From Octopus sinensis (taxonomy: Eukaryota), in NCBI RefSeq assembly GCF_006345805.1, contig NC_042999.1:89032001-89096000 (forward strand): DNA of 64,000 bases, in the 5' to 3' direction. Shown in pieces: positions 11,040 to 24,425 of the stretch. The notes under the pieces are model-generated. The model made no database searches. It was not told the origin of the DNA and saw only the letters and a list, made by a program, of their open reading frames with translations. The position numbers were made by a program, and so were the translations under genes. Every line of letters begins with the position of its first letter. Position 1 is the stretch's first letter.

Positions 11040-12270
11040 GCGAGATGAGCGCCCATCACTTCTAAAATGTCCCAATGGCCAGCGCAAGACCGATCCCCTG
11101 AGTCAAGCCCGACTCCTCCGCTAAACCAACAAGAGAAAAGAGGGAAAAGGCGAGTATCTGACACTTTCAAATAACCAGTGCTCCGGGTAGGCTGTACTCG
11201 TTAGCCTTAGATGACAAGTAGCCTAGGAGAAGAACCACTCTGAGTTCAAAACCAAGGGATCAAGGCCCCTGCCGTCTTGACGGACTACCTCAATAGAGAT
11301 GGTGTCTCGATAAAAATACCTGTTGGTGATAACGTAAAAACACACCTCAATTGTGAGTGAAAATGCCAAACAAAAATATTGACGATAACGGTGTAAACGG
11401 GACTGGAGCCAGTGGCGAAGGTGCCGCACTTGGCAGGTGTCCCACTGTGCATCAGAGTGGGCCCGGTCGTAATCCAGCCACTGTTGGTCATACTACAAGA
11501 CATAAGTGGAGTAATCAAGTAAAAATGATGGTTATGGAGTGTTACTACCGGAGCACTCAATTGGATGCAAATGGCGTGTCTGCCAGAGGGTACAGAAAAC
11601 AAATGCACAGTGCATGGAAGACAATGAATCTGTCTGAAATTACTGAACAGAGATTATATGACCAAGCAAGAACAGTATGAAAGAATGGATGGTTAACAGA
11701 ATTGGAGCTAGAAGCTATTAAAAGAAGGTTATCGGGTAATGCTGGGCATGTAAGAAACGAAAGTGGTATAGCGGAAGAGGTGGACAATTGCTTGCAAGGG
11801 TATAACTACCGTGAACTGTGAAAGAATTGAGATCAGTGACTACTCAAACAAAGAAGATCGATTAATAATAGACAGCATTTTGTGTCTATTAAATACAGAA
11901 GAGACAGAATTTATGTGCAACTTAAGAAGGCTAACTAATGGAGACTAAATCAAGAGACGAGTAAAGTCAATAATGTAGTGAAAGACATTGAAACAAAGAA
12001 CATTACACAAACAAACAATCTTATCAAGGCTGTTAGTAGAACTGTGGCAGAACAGAACAAAACATCGCTTTTCTGAACAGCGATGCATAGAAGAGGAAAT
12101 AAACAACCTTGGTGGAAAAAGAGAATTTCAGAAGATATAAATTCTTTAAACAGTGTAGTGTCAATACTTGTCAGGAAAAGAAATGGAGATCTTAAGAATG
12201 AATGGAAATTCGAAAAAGTTAAGAAGAAATCTGGTGTAGATACAAAAGGCCTGAACGAAGCAAAAACAAA
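11040..12270 (+). mobile_element. R4/Dong-clade RLE non-LTR retrotransposon, 5' fragment with structured 5' UTR
   Basis: HKWSNQVKMMVMECYYRS...RGYRKQMHSAW...EQRLYDQARTV*KNGWLTDLELEAIK and PWWKKRI, homologous to the copy at 13.8-16.4 kb. Confidence 0.85.
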
Positions 12271-12679
12271 AAACAAAACAAAATAATATTTTTATTTTTC
12301 GGATTAACACAGACAGAGTGAACAAGTCATAAGTTTAAAAACACAACAAAAAGCTATGCCCGGAGATAAATCTATCAACAACAAAAAAGAACACTACTAT
12401 TTCTTTCTGTGCGGTCATACGAAAAATCGTATTTAGTAAATCTTAAAACTTTACTATCTACAACTCCTTTTCTTTTCTTTTTGACTATCCCTGAGTATTC
12501 GAAAATGTAAACATCCTTTTCGTTGCAAAAGTCCTACTGCATTATCCAACTGGAAAGACAAATGAACATCTCAAGAAAACTTTAGAATTTTAATGTATTA
12601 CCCAAATACGTAAACTCACCTTTTATTGCAACAACACAATTGAATTAAGAAATTCAAAAATTCAACGACGTGAATATCA

Positions 12680-12772
<93 letters not shown>

Positions 12773-13040
12773 GGTCCCGGGTTGATTCGGGGTTAACCAC
12801 AGTAATAAGGTACTCAATACATAGCAGAGTAAAATTAATTTATTATATAGAAGGAGCTTCTACAGGACTAGAACTGTTTCATTCAAGAGAAATCTTCAGG
12901 AAGCTAGTTAACAAGAATTGTATTGGCATTTATACATTTATGCAGGTTTAAAGGGGTGTTGGTGGGGGACTTTTTGGGGGTAGGCATAGCGCAAAAAATC
13001 ATACTTGGGGGAGTGGTCAAGGAGTCAGTGTTAAATTAGA
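12680..13040 (-). mobile_element. Penelope-like pLTR remnant
   Basis: Hammerhead-containing segment embedded between (TA)n arrays. Confidence 0.6.
12855..12905 (-). ncRNA. type I hammerhead ribozyme
   Basis: Minus strand reads AGCUUC-CUGAAGA-U-UUC-ucuu-GAA-U-GAAA-CAG-uucuaguc-CUG-UA-GAAGCU: 6-bp stem I, intact core, 4-bp stem III and a GUA cleavage triplet. Confidence 0.8.
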
Positions 13041-13082
13041 TAGGAGAATAAATAAAAAATAAAAAATAAAAAATAAAAAATA

Positions 13083-13135
<53 letters not shown>

Positions 13136-13764
13136 GTGTGTGTGTGTGTGTGTGTGTGACTGTGTGTGTATGTATGGATGTATAAATAAATAAATATATA
13201 TCTATATGTATATATGTGCATATATATGTCATTGTTTTTTGAACCAGTAATTAGAAAAGGTTGAATTGCTTCTTTTCAAAGCAGCGCTCTCAATTTTCAT
13301 TAGACCTCTGCTGACTCAAAGGGTGCAAAGATTCTTTTGTCTCTACGGCTAACCTCCCCACCATCTGCCGAATCTATGTATAGACCTGCAGAATATGATC
13401 TATTCACCAAGCTGCTAGCCAACTGTTTCCTCCAGCAACTACATATTTATGATTATCTCAAGTACAAGACAAAAATTGAAAATAAAAAGCATTTAATAAA
13501 CTCTTGTAGTAATAAATGGAAATAGTAATAATGAAAATAACAATGGAAATGGTGGTGATGGTGATAATGATAAAAATTAAAATAATAATAATATGCTGCA
13601 ACTGCTAATACTACAACTAATATTATGATAGAACAGGAATCTGAGGCCCAACTACGACCCTTATCACTACTCCAACCCCTGCTACTGTTGCTGTTGCTGC
13701 AACCACTGCTGCTATTACACATGAAAACGATAATAGTGATATCAGTGATAATAATAATAATCAT

Positions 13765-16385
13765 AATGAAAGGAAACGGGTCGAGCCTCCCATGGACTGA
13801 TTAATGATACATCTAGTGATGGTGTCACAATAAAAATCTGATAATAGTGCAACCTGATAATCGCTAACAATGAGTGACAATGAAAAAACAAAATATTGTG
13901 AAAATCGGTGGTAATGAAACTGAAGCCAATGATGGTGACAGTGTTTCACCCGGCAGGCTCAGAGATTCTGGTCGGCTCCAGCCTGTCGATATCCAGAAAG
14001 GAACCACCACACACTGCGTAGATGGAGCAAGCAAATTAATCCTGTGGTCATGGAGTGTTACTATTTGAGCACCCCGGTAGATGAAAATGGTGCTCAAATT
14101 AGGGGTTACCGACAACATATGTATAATCATTAGAGAGAAAATGGATTGTTTCAACTTACGGAGCAGAGACTATGTGATCAAGCTAGAGCAATAAGAAAAA
14201 ATAGTTGGTTCACAGAAGTAGAGCTCGAAGCTATCAAAAGACGGGTCTTGGAAAATAGCAGCAGAGATAACGATGAAAATACAGTTCTTACTAATAAGAG
14301 TAATCTCATAGTACAGGAAAGGAGCAGTGGTAGTTTTCTTGATGTGATGCATATAGATGATCTAAAAGAAGACAATAAAACTAATGGCGACATGACACAT
14401 GGACAAAAGGCAATCTACGACAGAATGAAGGCAAGACTACAAGAGAACCATAGCGACATTGTTTGCAACCTAAAAAATGTTGATCAATGGAAACTGAACC
14501 AAGAAATGAAAAATGTCAATAAAATTCTGAAATACATCAGAACAGATAACATCACAGAAACAAATAATTTGATCAAGACATCAAGTATCGTTGTAGCAGA
14601 AAACGTGGGTGTTGATGTCAAGAAAATGAAACATAATGGGAGTGACAAAAGAAAAGATCCATGGTGGAAAAGAAGAATCCAGGGAGGGTTAGACATGCTC
14701 TCGAAGAAAATCTCTGTTAGACCGAAAAGAGAAAGGGGAGCTTAAAAGCGAACAAAAATATAGGGCGCCGAAAAAGGATGTATAATATTGAAAGAAAGGA
14801 CCTGAAAGTGGTAATGGAGGAATTGAAACAGCACCTCGTTGCAAAGAAAGCAATGATGGTAAGATACGATCAAAAGAATGAAAGGTTACCACCAGAATAG
14901 GTTATTCAGAGTAGATCAGAAGAGATTATTTAAAGAAATAAATGGAGCGTGTACAGATGAAAAGTTGATACCAGATAACAATGAAAGTCAAATGTTTTGG
15001 AGTGACATCTGGAGCAAAACAAGGAGAACAAGAAGGATGCTGAAAGGTTGCAAGAACTGAAACGAACAATAGTCTGTCCAAAACAGGCAGAACTTGTCAT
15101 TTCAATTAGGGATGTGAGGAAAATCAGCAAAAGAATAAGCAACTCGAAGGCCCGGGGGAACAAGAAGAAGTTTAAGGCTACTAGATCAAAATGTCACTCA
15201 CGAATAGCTGCGCAACTCAATGTCACGCACGAATAGTTGCGCAAATCAACACCTTGTTAAATGCCGACCAAGTAACACCAGAGTGGTTGACATTGGGCAG
15301 GACAGTGCTGTATTTGAAAAACATCGAAAAAGGCAATACGGTTGACAATTACAGGCTGATATCATGTTTGCGACTTATGTGGAAGTTATTGGCTGGAATA
15401 CTTGCAGAGTCAATGTACGAACATCTGGAAAAAAAGGAGTCTTGCTACATGAACAGAAACGTTGCAAGCGTAAGTGCAGAGGTACCAAGGATCAGCTCCT
15501 GATAGACAAAACTGTACTTAGAGACCGCAAGAGGAGGAAAAGTAACTTAGCCATGTCATGAATCGACTATCGTAAGGCGTACGATATGATCCCAAACTCT
15601 TGGATTATGGAGTGTATGAACCTATTTGGTTTTGCATCGAATGTTGAGCGCTTGCTTGAAAAAGAATTGGAGGATGGATCTGACAGTATACGGAAAAAGT
15701 TTAGGGACAGTAGAAATTAGGAAGGGCATCTTCCAAGAGGACTTCCGGTTCCCACTGATCTTTGTACTGTCCTTGATACCACTAACACTGATTCTGAGGA
15801 AAGCAAAAGCTGGGTATGTATTCAAAAGCCGCCAACAAAAAGTCAACCATTTGTTATTCATGGATGACCTCAAACTTTATGGTAAAGATGAAGTGCAAGT
15901 CAGTTCCCTCGTTGTTATCAGAATGGTGTTCGGACTGGGAGAGGCAAAATCAAATGATACCGTCGCGGGAGGTTATGAAGTAGATAGAAGAGACGGGCTG
16001 TAAGTACTTGGGGATTTTGGAAATGGATAAACTGATGGAGAAAGAAATGACAGAAAAATTAAAGGTAGAGTACTTGCGCAGACTGAGACTGATCCTTAAG
16101 TTGAAATTAAAGGAAGGAATAAGATTAAAGCTATTAACATCTGGGCGGTTTCACTCCTTAGATATGGAGCAGGGGTAATTGTATGGACAGTAGACGAATT
16201 CAGCTTATACAGAAAGACAAGGAAGTTACTAACTAGATATGAGACACTCCACACAAAAAGTGACACAAACAGACTATATGTACCAAGAAAAAGAGGGGGA
16301 AGAGGACTTATTGGATGCGAACACAGCATTAGAGCAGAAGAAAACGACATACATGGTATGTAAAAAATACCACAGAACTGCTATT
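13765..16385 (+). mobile_element. R4/Dong-clade non-LTR retrotransposon, decayed RT region, 3'-truncated
   Basis: [65 protein letters not shown](E)D, NHLLFMDDLKLY, KYLGIL. Many frameshifts and stops. Preceded by (AAT)n. Confidence 0.92.
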
Positions 16386-16824
16386 GTGTGTGTGTGTCCA
16401 AATTGAGGGAGTGGAACGGGTAGCATGCAGGCTGCATATATTTCTTAGCTAGCTGATTCTCTGATGTAATAGTTACTCAACGAGGGGGTGCTCAACTTGG
16501 ATAATCATCAGGCTGAGATTACTTCAATTGAATGAAGATTACGTTGTTGCTTGGAATTTCCAAGTTAACATACCGCAGATGTGAGTTGAAATGAAAAGTG
16601 AAGCCGGAAGTATAAAATGAACAAAAAAATGTTTGAAGAAATAAAACGGTCAATAAGAAAGGGAAGGGTGAGGTCAAATATGTAGGAGTAGGAGTTGATA
16701 GCAATGAAGAAAAGGTGTGAGGGAAGAAAGAGGAGGTAGATCGCTGTCTTTAAGGGGAGAAAGAATAGTTGTCATAAATATATCTATCACACTTGGATCC
16801 CCTGATCTTACCCTTGTATGTATA

Positions 16825-16883
<59 letters not shown>

Positions 16884-16925
16884 GTGTGTGTGTGCGTGTA
16901 TGTGAATGTGAGTGTATGTGTATGA

Positions 16926-16960
<35 letters not shown>

Positions 16961-17895
16961 TAGAAATGGGACCGGAATACGTGAAATGTTCCTCCTATCT
17001 TCGGTCTCTTTTTAACTATTTCTTTGTGTGTTGCTCGCATAGTGGAACAAAGACATACAACATCACGCGCGATGAAGAAACAACGATCGTAATGATGATG
17101 GTGGTTTGAATACTGAAGTAAAGGGGATCGATATCATACAGTATAGCAGCGTTCTTTTCTGCTAAGAGAAAGCAAAATTTATCTCATTACTAAAAACGTA
17201 CAACGTTAGAAACGATTACAGATTTTATACACAACAAATTTAAATAACATATCGTCATACGATGATAGAATATATTAGCCTTTAAATATCTTAAATGTAT
17301 ATTTAAAAAAGATTTCAACAGCCAGTTATCCAGCCATCTGCGCCCGTTCATCTAACTACATATGTGTAAGTATATTACATACATATAAGAGGGATGACCA
17401 CTAAGTGGACATCCATTATGTTAGAAGTCGACCCCCTATATGCTAGTCCACTGGTTTTAAATTGATATTAATCAAATTAATATTCAATTTTTCACCCTTA
17501 TTATTTTAAATTTATGCGTAAGTATATATAGTTAACCAAAGCAGAAAAACACATGCAATAACGCACTTCGTAGCAAACGATTTCTTGAGAGTGATTTCCC
17601 AGAATGTTCATAATGGTTTTAAAAAGAAAAATCTCTATTTTATTTCAATTAACTCAATATCGATTTTCACTTCTGCTCAAAAGATTTTGATTGAATTTGT
17701 ACCACTTCATAAAAGAATGCCTTTGATCGGTTAATTATCGAACTGTTAAAAACAAAATTGTATCGATATCTGCTTAGAGGTACTGACAGTTACATACTAA
17801 TATCGTATATCATAATTAGTTTACATTTACCTCCGTAGATGTATCACTCTCTCATTCTCTCTCTCTTTCACATGTGTGTATGCGTGCGTGTGTGT

Positions 17896-17938
<43 letters not shown>

Positions 17939-18230
17939 CGTGTGTTGTGTGTGTCTGTGTGTGTGTGTGTGTGTGTGTGTACATAAGAATGTTTGCTCTT
18001 AATACCCAATATCGACAGCAAGCTCTGTTAAGGAAATATATAAAAAAAGAACGATCTTGTCTTTTTCATTCGCAAAATAAGACCCCTTTTTATTTTGCTC
18101 AGATTGCTTTCAATTTTGGTGTATCTGTGCAAATCTGGACTTTGATTACGGACAACCAAGTACTTTATCTCGTAAATTAAAGAATCTGATGTTATTTGGA
18201 ATTAAAGTTTTGAAATTTGAGTAATTTTAG

Positions 18231-18276
18231 CCAATCAACAGACAGCGCGTCATTAGCAGCTTGTTACCATGACAAC
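18231..18276 (+). promoter_or_regulatory. CCAAT box plus RFX X-box-like motif (GTTACCATGACAAC)
   Basis: CCAAT at 18231. The 14-mer at 18263-18276 fits the GTHNYY-AT-RRNAAC consensus. May belong to a repeat. Confidence 0.3.
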
Positions 18277-19018
18277 CGCACGAATAGTTGTGGTTCACTG
18301 TCTGTGCCGCACGTTGTTCTATGTTGGTTTTTCACACCTGATTTTTCATACCACGAGATTCTTTTTACACGCGTGTTTTGTTTTAATTTTTCTGTGTTTC
18401 TGTGTATTAGTATTTTTCTGTGCTTTTTCTATGTTAGTACTTTTACATATTTTTCATTTCATATATTTTTGGGACTCATTGACTCAGATATTTGTATTTA
18501 AGATTTCACTAGGTTAATTGTGTTCATAAAAATTTTAATTAGGAGTAATTCTTAAACCGTTAGCTTCACTTTTCAACAGCTTAACTGAAATTTTGCCCAC
18601 CGTAAAAGGAACTGAGTTGGATATCGTGGGTGATACAGATAATTTGACATTATTTTTGAATTCTGCATGCAAAAACGTATAAGATAAAGCTATTCTTTGG
18701 GACAAATTCTTTGTTGACAAGTGTTATTCTTATCGTAGTTTACAAATCCAAGCATGAAAACGATACTCAACTTTGGAGTTTTGGGTAGGGACAAAGATAG
18801 CGATAGGTTTAAACTGCTCTTCTGCTTAGTTCGACCACCTGATTTTGAGCACCTTTAAGGGGCTCTACCAAGCTGCAAGTATTCAAATCAGGTCTTCAGT
18901 TCATGGTGGTCTCTTTCACCGATAGTCTTAAAGGCAACAACATCTAAGCTACACACTCACACACACACACACACACTCATACATACATACTAACACACAC
19001 ACACTCATACACACATAC

Positions 19019-19072
<54 letters not shown>

Positions 19073-19569
19073 GCACCAAAGCTATATAAACCTGGATCAC
19101 AACTGAAATAACTTTAAAAGGTTTGTATGCGTGCTGAGTGTATGCTGTGTGCATGAGTGTGCGTGTGTATGCGTATTTACGTGGGTATATACACATACAC
19201 ACATACACAAATTTCTCCTTGCGTGCTTGCGCATATGCGTGCGTGTGTGTGTGTACGTACGCGTATGTGTGTGTAGGTATATATGTATGCACGTATACAT
19301 ATTTAATATGTACATGTATGTATGTATGTGTGCATGTGTGTGTGTCTATGAATGGGTAATTGCATGATATAACGCACTACGGATGCATAGGAGGTGTTGT
19401 TTATGTAACGATGATTGGCAGAACTGTATTTAGATATCGTGTTGACAATTATGATTTAACAATGGAGGAAAAAGTATTTTCTTAACAAATATTGCACGTA
19501 TCCAAAGCCGTTCGCTTATCATTATCAGTTGGCTGATGGAGTATTCGTAACTCAATAACTCATAATTTC

Positions 19570-19970
19570 AAGGCGGCGAGCTGGCAGAGTCGTTAGCACG
19601 CCGGACGAAATGCTTAGCGGTATTTCGTCTGCCGTTACGTTCTAAGTTCAAATTCCGACGAGGTCGACTTTGCCTTTCATCCTTTCGGGGTCGATAAATT
19701 AAGTACCAGTTATGCATTGGGGTCGATGTAATCGACTTAATCCCCTTGTCTGTCCTTGTTTGTCCCCTCTATGTTTAGCCCCTTGTGTGTAGTAAAGAAA
19801 TAAGTATTTCGTCTGCCTTTACGTTCTGAGTTTAAATTCCGCCGAGGTCAATTTTGCCTTTCATCCTTTCGGGGTCGATTAAATAAGTACCAGTTACGTA
19901 CTGGGGTCGATCTAATCGACTGGCTCTCTCCCCCAAAATTTCGAGCCTTGTGTCTAGAGTAGAAAAGAAC
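19570..19970 (+). mobile_element. family A SINE dimer (full unit plus head-truncated unit)
   Basis: GGCGGCGAGCTGGCAGAGTCGTTAG...TTGTCTGTCC tail, followed directly by TATTTCGTCTGCC...CCCAAAATTTCG tail. Confidence 0.92.
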
Positions 19971-21022
19971 TCATATTTTCAAGTATTGAGACCTAAATTT
20001 AATCAACAAGTGTTCTTCATTCCACGTTTCACATCAACTGCTAAGCGTTCTTATTATACATTATTTCAAAAAAGAAATCGCTTACAAGAATTTGTTACTT
20101 AATTCAGGAGTAATATAAATCAACTGCAGCATTCCTGAATATGGCTAATTTATTTTTAGGCTCTATTATTGAATATTTTTACCAAATAATAATGATTCTT
20201 TCTGATAAGGACTTTGTAGCGATTCAAGTAGACAAAAATGCAACATGCCCAGGTTCACACTGCACTCCATTTTATAAATAATCCTTTGTTGTTGGTGGGA
20301 AGTACATGGTAATTAACATAAGGCCATATTGTACTTGGAGCAGTGAATTTGTAGGTACAACCCAGCCGTTTGAAGCTCTACTTGTGTACCTCATCAAGGC
20401 TGCGAAAACAACTATGACATTTCCTTTCCTTTAAATGATATTCATTTTTATGTCCCAAGTAATTTAATAAATGATTTAGAAGTGGAATCGAAACTAACTT
20501 AACTAACTCCAGTTATAGCAGAAGTCGATAACTGACGCCAACTAGTCAGATGTGACGCCAAAGTTATTCAAAATACTTTTAATTGCGACCAATATTGTTT
20601 AGTTTATAAACAAACAATATAAAGAAACAAAATTTCAGCTAAAATCGTTTTTATTTTACATCACTTTTTTTTCACTTTTAACATGGTTGTATGTGTATAG
20701 GGTGAGATGGGGATGCGAGTGAGTGGTAGTGTAAAATAAATCAAAATATTTACAAAAAAAAAAATACGCAATACAATAGCGCAGCGATAGAAATGTCGGT
20801 GTGCCTTGCAGTACTTAGTCACCTACCTATGCTTACTGAGTTCAAATCCTTGCATTTCGGAGTTGATAAAATAAACAGCAGCTAATATACTAAACCGATT
20901 CAATCGATTATACATCTCTTCTACAAAGTGTGGCCCTATGACGACGCGAGCAATCATTAATTAATAAGCAATACCAAAATAATTGCCAAAGGAAACAGAT
21001 GCAAAAGACAACGACGACGATA

Positions 21023-21057
<35 letters not shown>

Positions 21058-21122
21058 AACGATGTTACAGTAACAATGAACGCGACGACATCGATAATAA
21101 TGACAACAACCACAGTAAGTTC

Positions 21123-21153
<31 letters not shown>

Positions 21154-21200
21154 TGTATGTATGTATGTATGTATGTATGTATATATATATATATTATATA

Positions 21201-21241
<41 letters not shown>

Positions 21242-21336
21242 CACCACATGATGTTTGGGCGGTAGTTTCATTGATACGAGTGTTAAGAGAAAAAAAAGAA
21301 TAACAGAAGAGATGTGAAACGAGAAAAACTAGTAAA

Positions 21337-21368
<32 letters not shown>

Positions 21369-21865
21369 GAAAATAAAAACAAATTGATGATCCTTGTGGA
21401 TAGCAGTGAGGGAGAAAGGTGGTTGAAAGAGAAAAAAAAAATACTGAAGGAAGCTGGAACAATAAAGTGAATAAAAATTGAGACAATTTGGAAGCTAAAA
21501 GCAGCATAATTACATATTGCACGGGAATAGATTAATGTATAGTCGCCATACAGCATGTTCTGTCTCGTCTATTCGTCTTGCAAAAAGGAACGGTGCAAAA
21601 ATATAAGCGAATAGAATGCTTAGCTTCAACTCTACGCCACGCATGTTATTTCTGTAAGCGTCATCTCTAATTTAACTACGATGTTTTCGGTTCGTCTGCC
21701 CAGCTCCACAGTAGTCTACAGAATCAACCATATTTCAATAACTCACTTGGTATTTTAATACCTACTTTGAGCGAAACATAAAAAACACAAAATACTTCAG
21801 GAAAAATAATAAGAAAAAAAAAGAAACGGTACTTACTGAAAAAGTGTGATTGTAAAAATACAGAT

Positions 21866-21901
<36 letters not shown>

Positions 21902-21980
21902 TACATACATACATATATACATATACAAAATATATATATATATATCATATACTATAATATATATATATATACATATGTAT

Positions 21981-22064
<84 letters not shown>

Positions 22065-22872
22065 CTTTGATCATTTCTTATCAGCAAGTGCTTAATCACA
22101 GACTAATTAACCCAGAATGTTTTGTGAGTATTTAAAATGTTATACAAGTGTAACGAATTTTGATTCATTAACTTTGATGGCTTCTTTATGACATAAACAT
22201 GTCCGAAAATATCGTTTAAAACTTACTAGCTTTTCTGGCTGTTTGCAGAGAATATTCATAAATGATGGCGGATGAAACGCAATGTGTACTGGTTTGGTGT
22301 TCATGTTATAACTTATCTGAGAATATGTATGTTCTGGGGTTTGAGTATAAACAGGAGTACGTATGTGTATATGCGTGTGTGTGTGAATATGTGTGCATAC
22401 ATATGCTTGTGAACTGATGAACCCATAATTCAACAAAGGAAAAAAAGCATAAATACTGTACGGTTATCTCTCATGTAATGAAAATATTGCCCTAACGTGC
22501 AGTCCCTGAGCGTGAAACGTACTTTTCTATTGATTTCCATGTTCATTGACTTCCATTTAACATGAAAATCGGAAATAAAATATGGTAAGATTTTCAAGAA
22601 TTTACAACAGTGTTTCTCAACTTATATGGACCCCTAAGGGTACATATAAAATTTTGGTGGGGGAGGGTCCACGCAACAAAATAGTAAATTGGAGGTGGGA
22701 TTCACAGTAATATTTGAAGAGCCGCTGGAAAATAATTTGTTTTAGATGTATGTGTTGGTATGTATTGCTAACATTTTGCATAGTTTTAATGTGTAAAAAG
22801 CAAAATAGGAATTTGAAAGAAGCATCTATAAAGCTAGTTTTAAAACATCGAGTGGCTATGGGGGTCACATAC

Positions 22873-23107
22873 AGGCGGTGAGCTGGCAGAAACGTTAGCA
22901 CGCCGGGCGAAATGCTTAGCGGTATTTCGTCGGCCGCTACATTCTGAGTTCAAATTCCGCCGAGGTCTACTTAGCCTTTCATCCTTTCGGGGGTCGATTA
23001 ACTAAGTACCAGTAACGCACTGGGGTCGATGTAATCGACTTAATCCCTTTGTCTGTCCTTGTTTGTCCCCTCTATGTTTAGCCCCTTGTGGGCAGTAAAT
23101 AAATAAG
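22873..23107 (+). mobile_element. family A SINE, near full length
   Basis: AGGCGGTGAGCTGGCAGAAACGTTAG, B box GAGTTCAAATTCC and a TTGTCTGTCC tail. Confidence 0.93.
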
Positions 23108-23764
23108 AATAAAATAGTAATCAAAGGCGTTCATAGGTGTAAAATGGTTGAGAACTCCTGATCTACAACCTGTTATGATAAGCAAGGAGCTGTTTTTGTT
23201 TTATTTACTATTTGCTCTGGTTCATTGTAAGGGGCACGCGAAACCGTCGTAATCCTGGATGAATCTAATGTGTTATTTTTACGCTATTTTTTTGTCGCTG
23301 TGCTATGTCTTCTATGTATATTAATAATGTCGTAAAGGTGTTGTATATGTCCTCTGTGAGTGTGTGGTATGTTTATGTTGTCGCGTGTGATAGCTGGCTG
23401 CAATCGATATCCCCTGGCTGCTGGTTAGTCGTGAGATTGGGGATTTTGTAAGTGCTATTTTAAATTTGCTGCTTTTAAGCCCCGGTTTCTATGTGAATTA
23501 AATAGGATTAGTATAGCAAGTTGTGCAGCGATGTCTAGAGATGGATGAGAGAATGCGAATGTTGTGCCATTTGTGTATAACGCTGTGTGCGCACTATTTG
23601 GAAGCGTGCGCAGTTTGAGTAGTAGATATGAGTTGCTAAAAATGGATGAAAAAACGGATATTTGTGATATTTCTTTCGGGAAACTGTTGGTGCAAAAGAA
23701 TCGTAGAAGATAGATCGTTTTATTGCATGAGCCTTATAATATTTAGCGACAACTATTTATGTTT

Positions 23765-23821
23765 TTAGCTCCACTCTCTCTCTCTCTCTCCCCACACATA
23801 CATACATACACACGCACACAC

Positions 23822-23901
<80 letters not shown>

Positions 23902-23929
23902 GCAGACAGGCAGACATACAGACAGACAT

Positions 23930-24027
<98 letters not shown>
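23765..24027. repeat. compound (CT)/(CATA)/(GATA)/(GACA) microsatellite
   Basis: Direct reading. Confidence 0.95.
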
Positions 24028-24149
24028 CCCTACGCGATCGAAACTATGCATTTATTTGGTCACAGCAAGAAACAGGGAGTTATAGATGTGGTCAACTGTC
24101 TCATCAGTACTGGTTGCATATCCCGTTCTTGATATTATCATCTAGTAGT

Positions 24150-24325
24150 ATATATATATATGTCTCTCCTTGTTTTTTTCTGTGTATCTTTCTGCCGAAG
24201 AGCGTAGGCTCGAAACGTAAAATACTTTTTCTATTTCTTTTCCTGAGCGCTATACTAATACATTTGTTTGTTTGTACTCCACCTGCCTTCGTCTTTTGTT
24301 TATTTTCGTAAACTTTCCCGTTATA
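24150..24325 (+). mobile_element. short PLE-derived repeat with a degenerate minimal hammerhead
   Basis: TTT-CTGCCGA-A-GAGC-gtag-GCTC-GAAA-CG-TA-AAA at 24189-24222. A homologous copy lies at 49.5-49.7 kb on the minus strand, followed by (TA)n. Confidence 0.7.
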
Positions 24326-24358
24326 TATATATATATATATTATATATATATATATATA

Positions 24359-24425
<67 letters not shown>

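Noticed and set aside
16466-16620. Possible mariner 5' TIR remnant (ACGAGGGGGTGCT)
   Set aside because: Too short and decayed, with no transposase sequence following.
20270-20400. Minus-strand acceptor TTTTCGCAG with a downstream frame
   Set aside because: The phase-2 frame stops after six codons; the longer frame has no recognisable features.
21505-21711. 68-codon open frame after a minus-strand acceptor (TTVELGRRTENIVVK...)
   Set aside because: Its phase does not connect to the other candidate exons, no homology is recognised, and the length is plausible by chance.
23220-23730. Segment resembling a LINE 3' region on the minus strand
   Set aside because: No diagnostic RT or endonuclease motif could be read.
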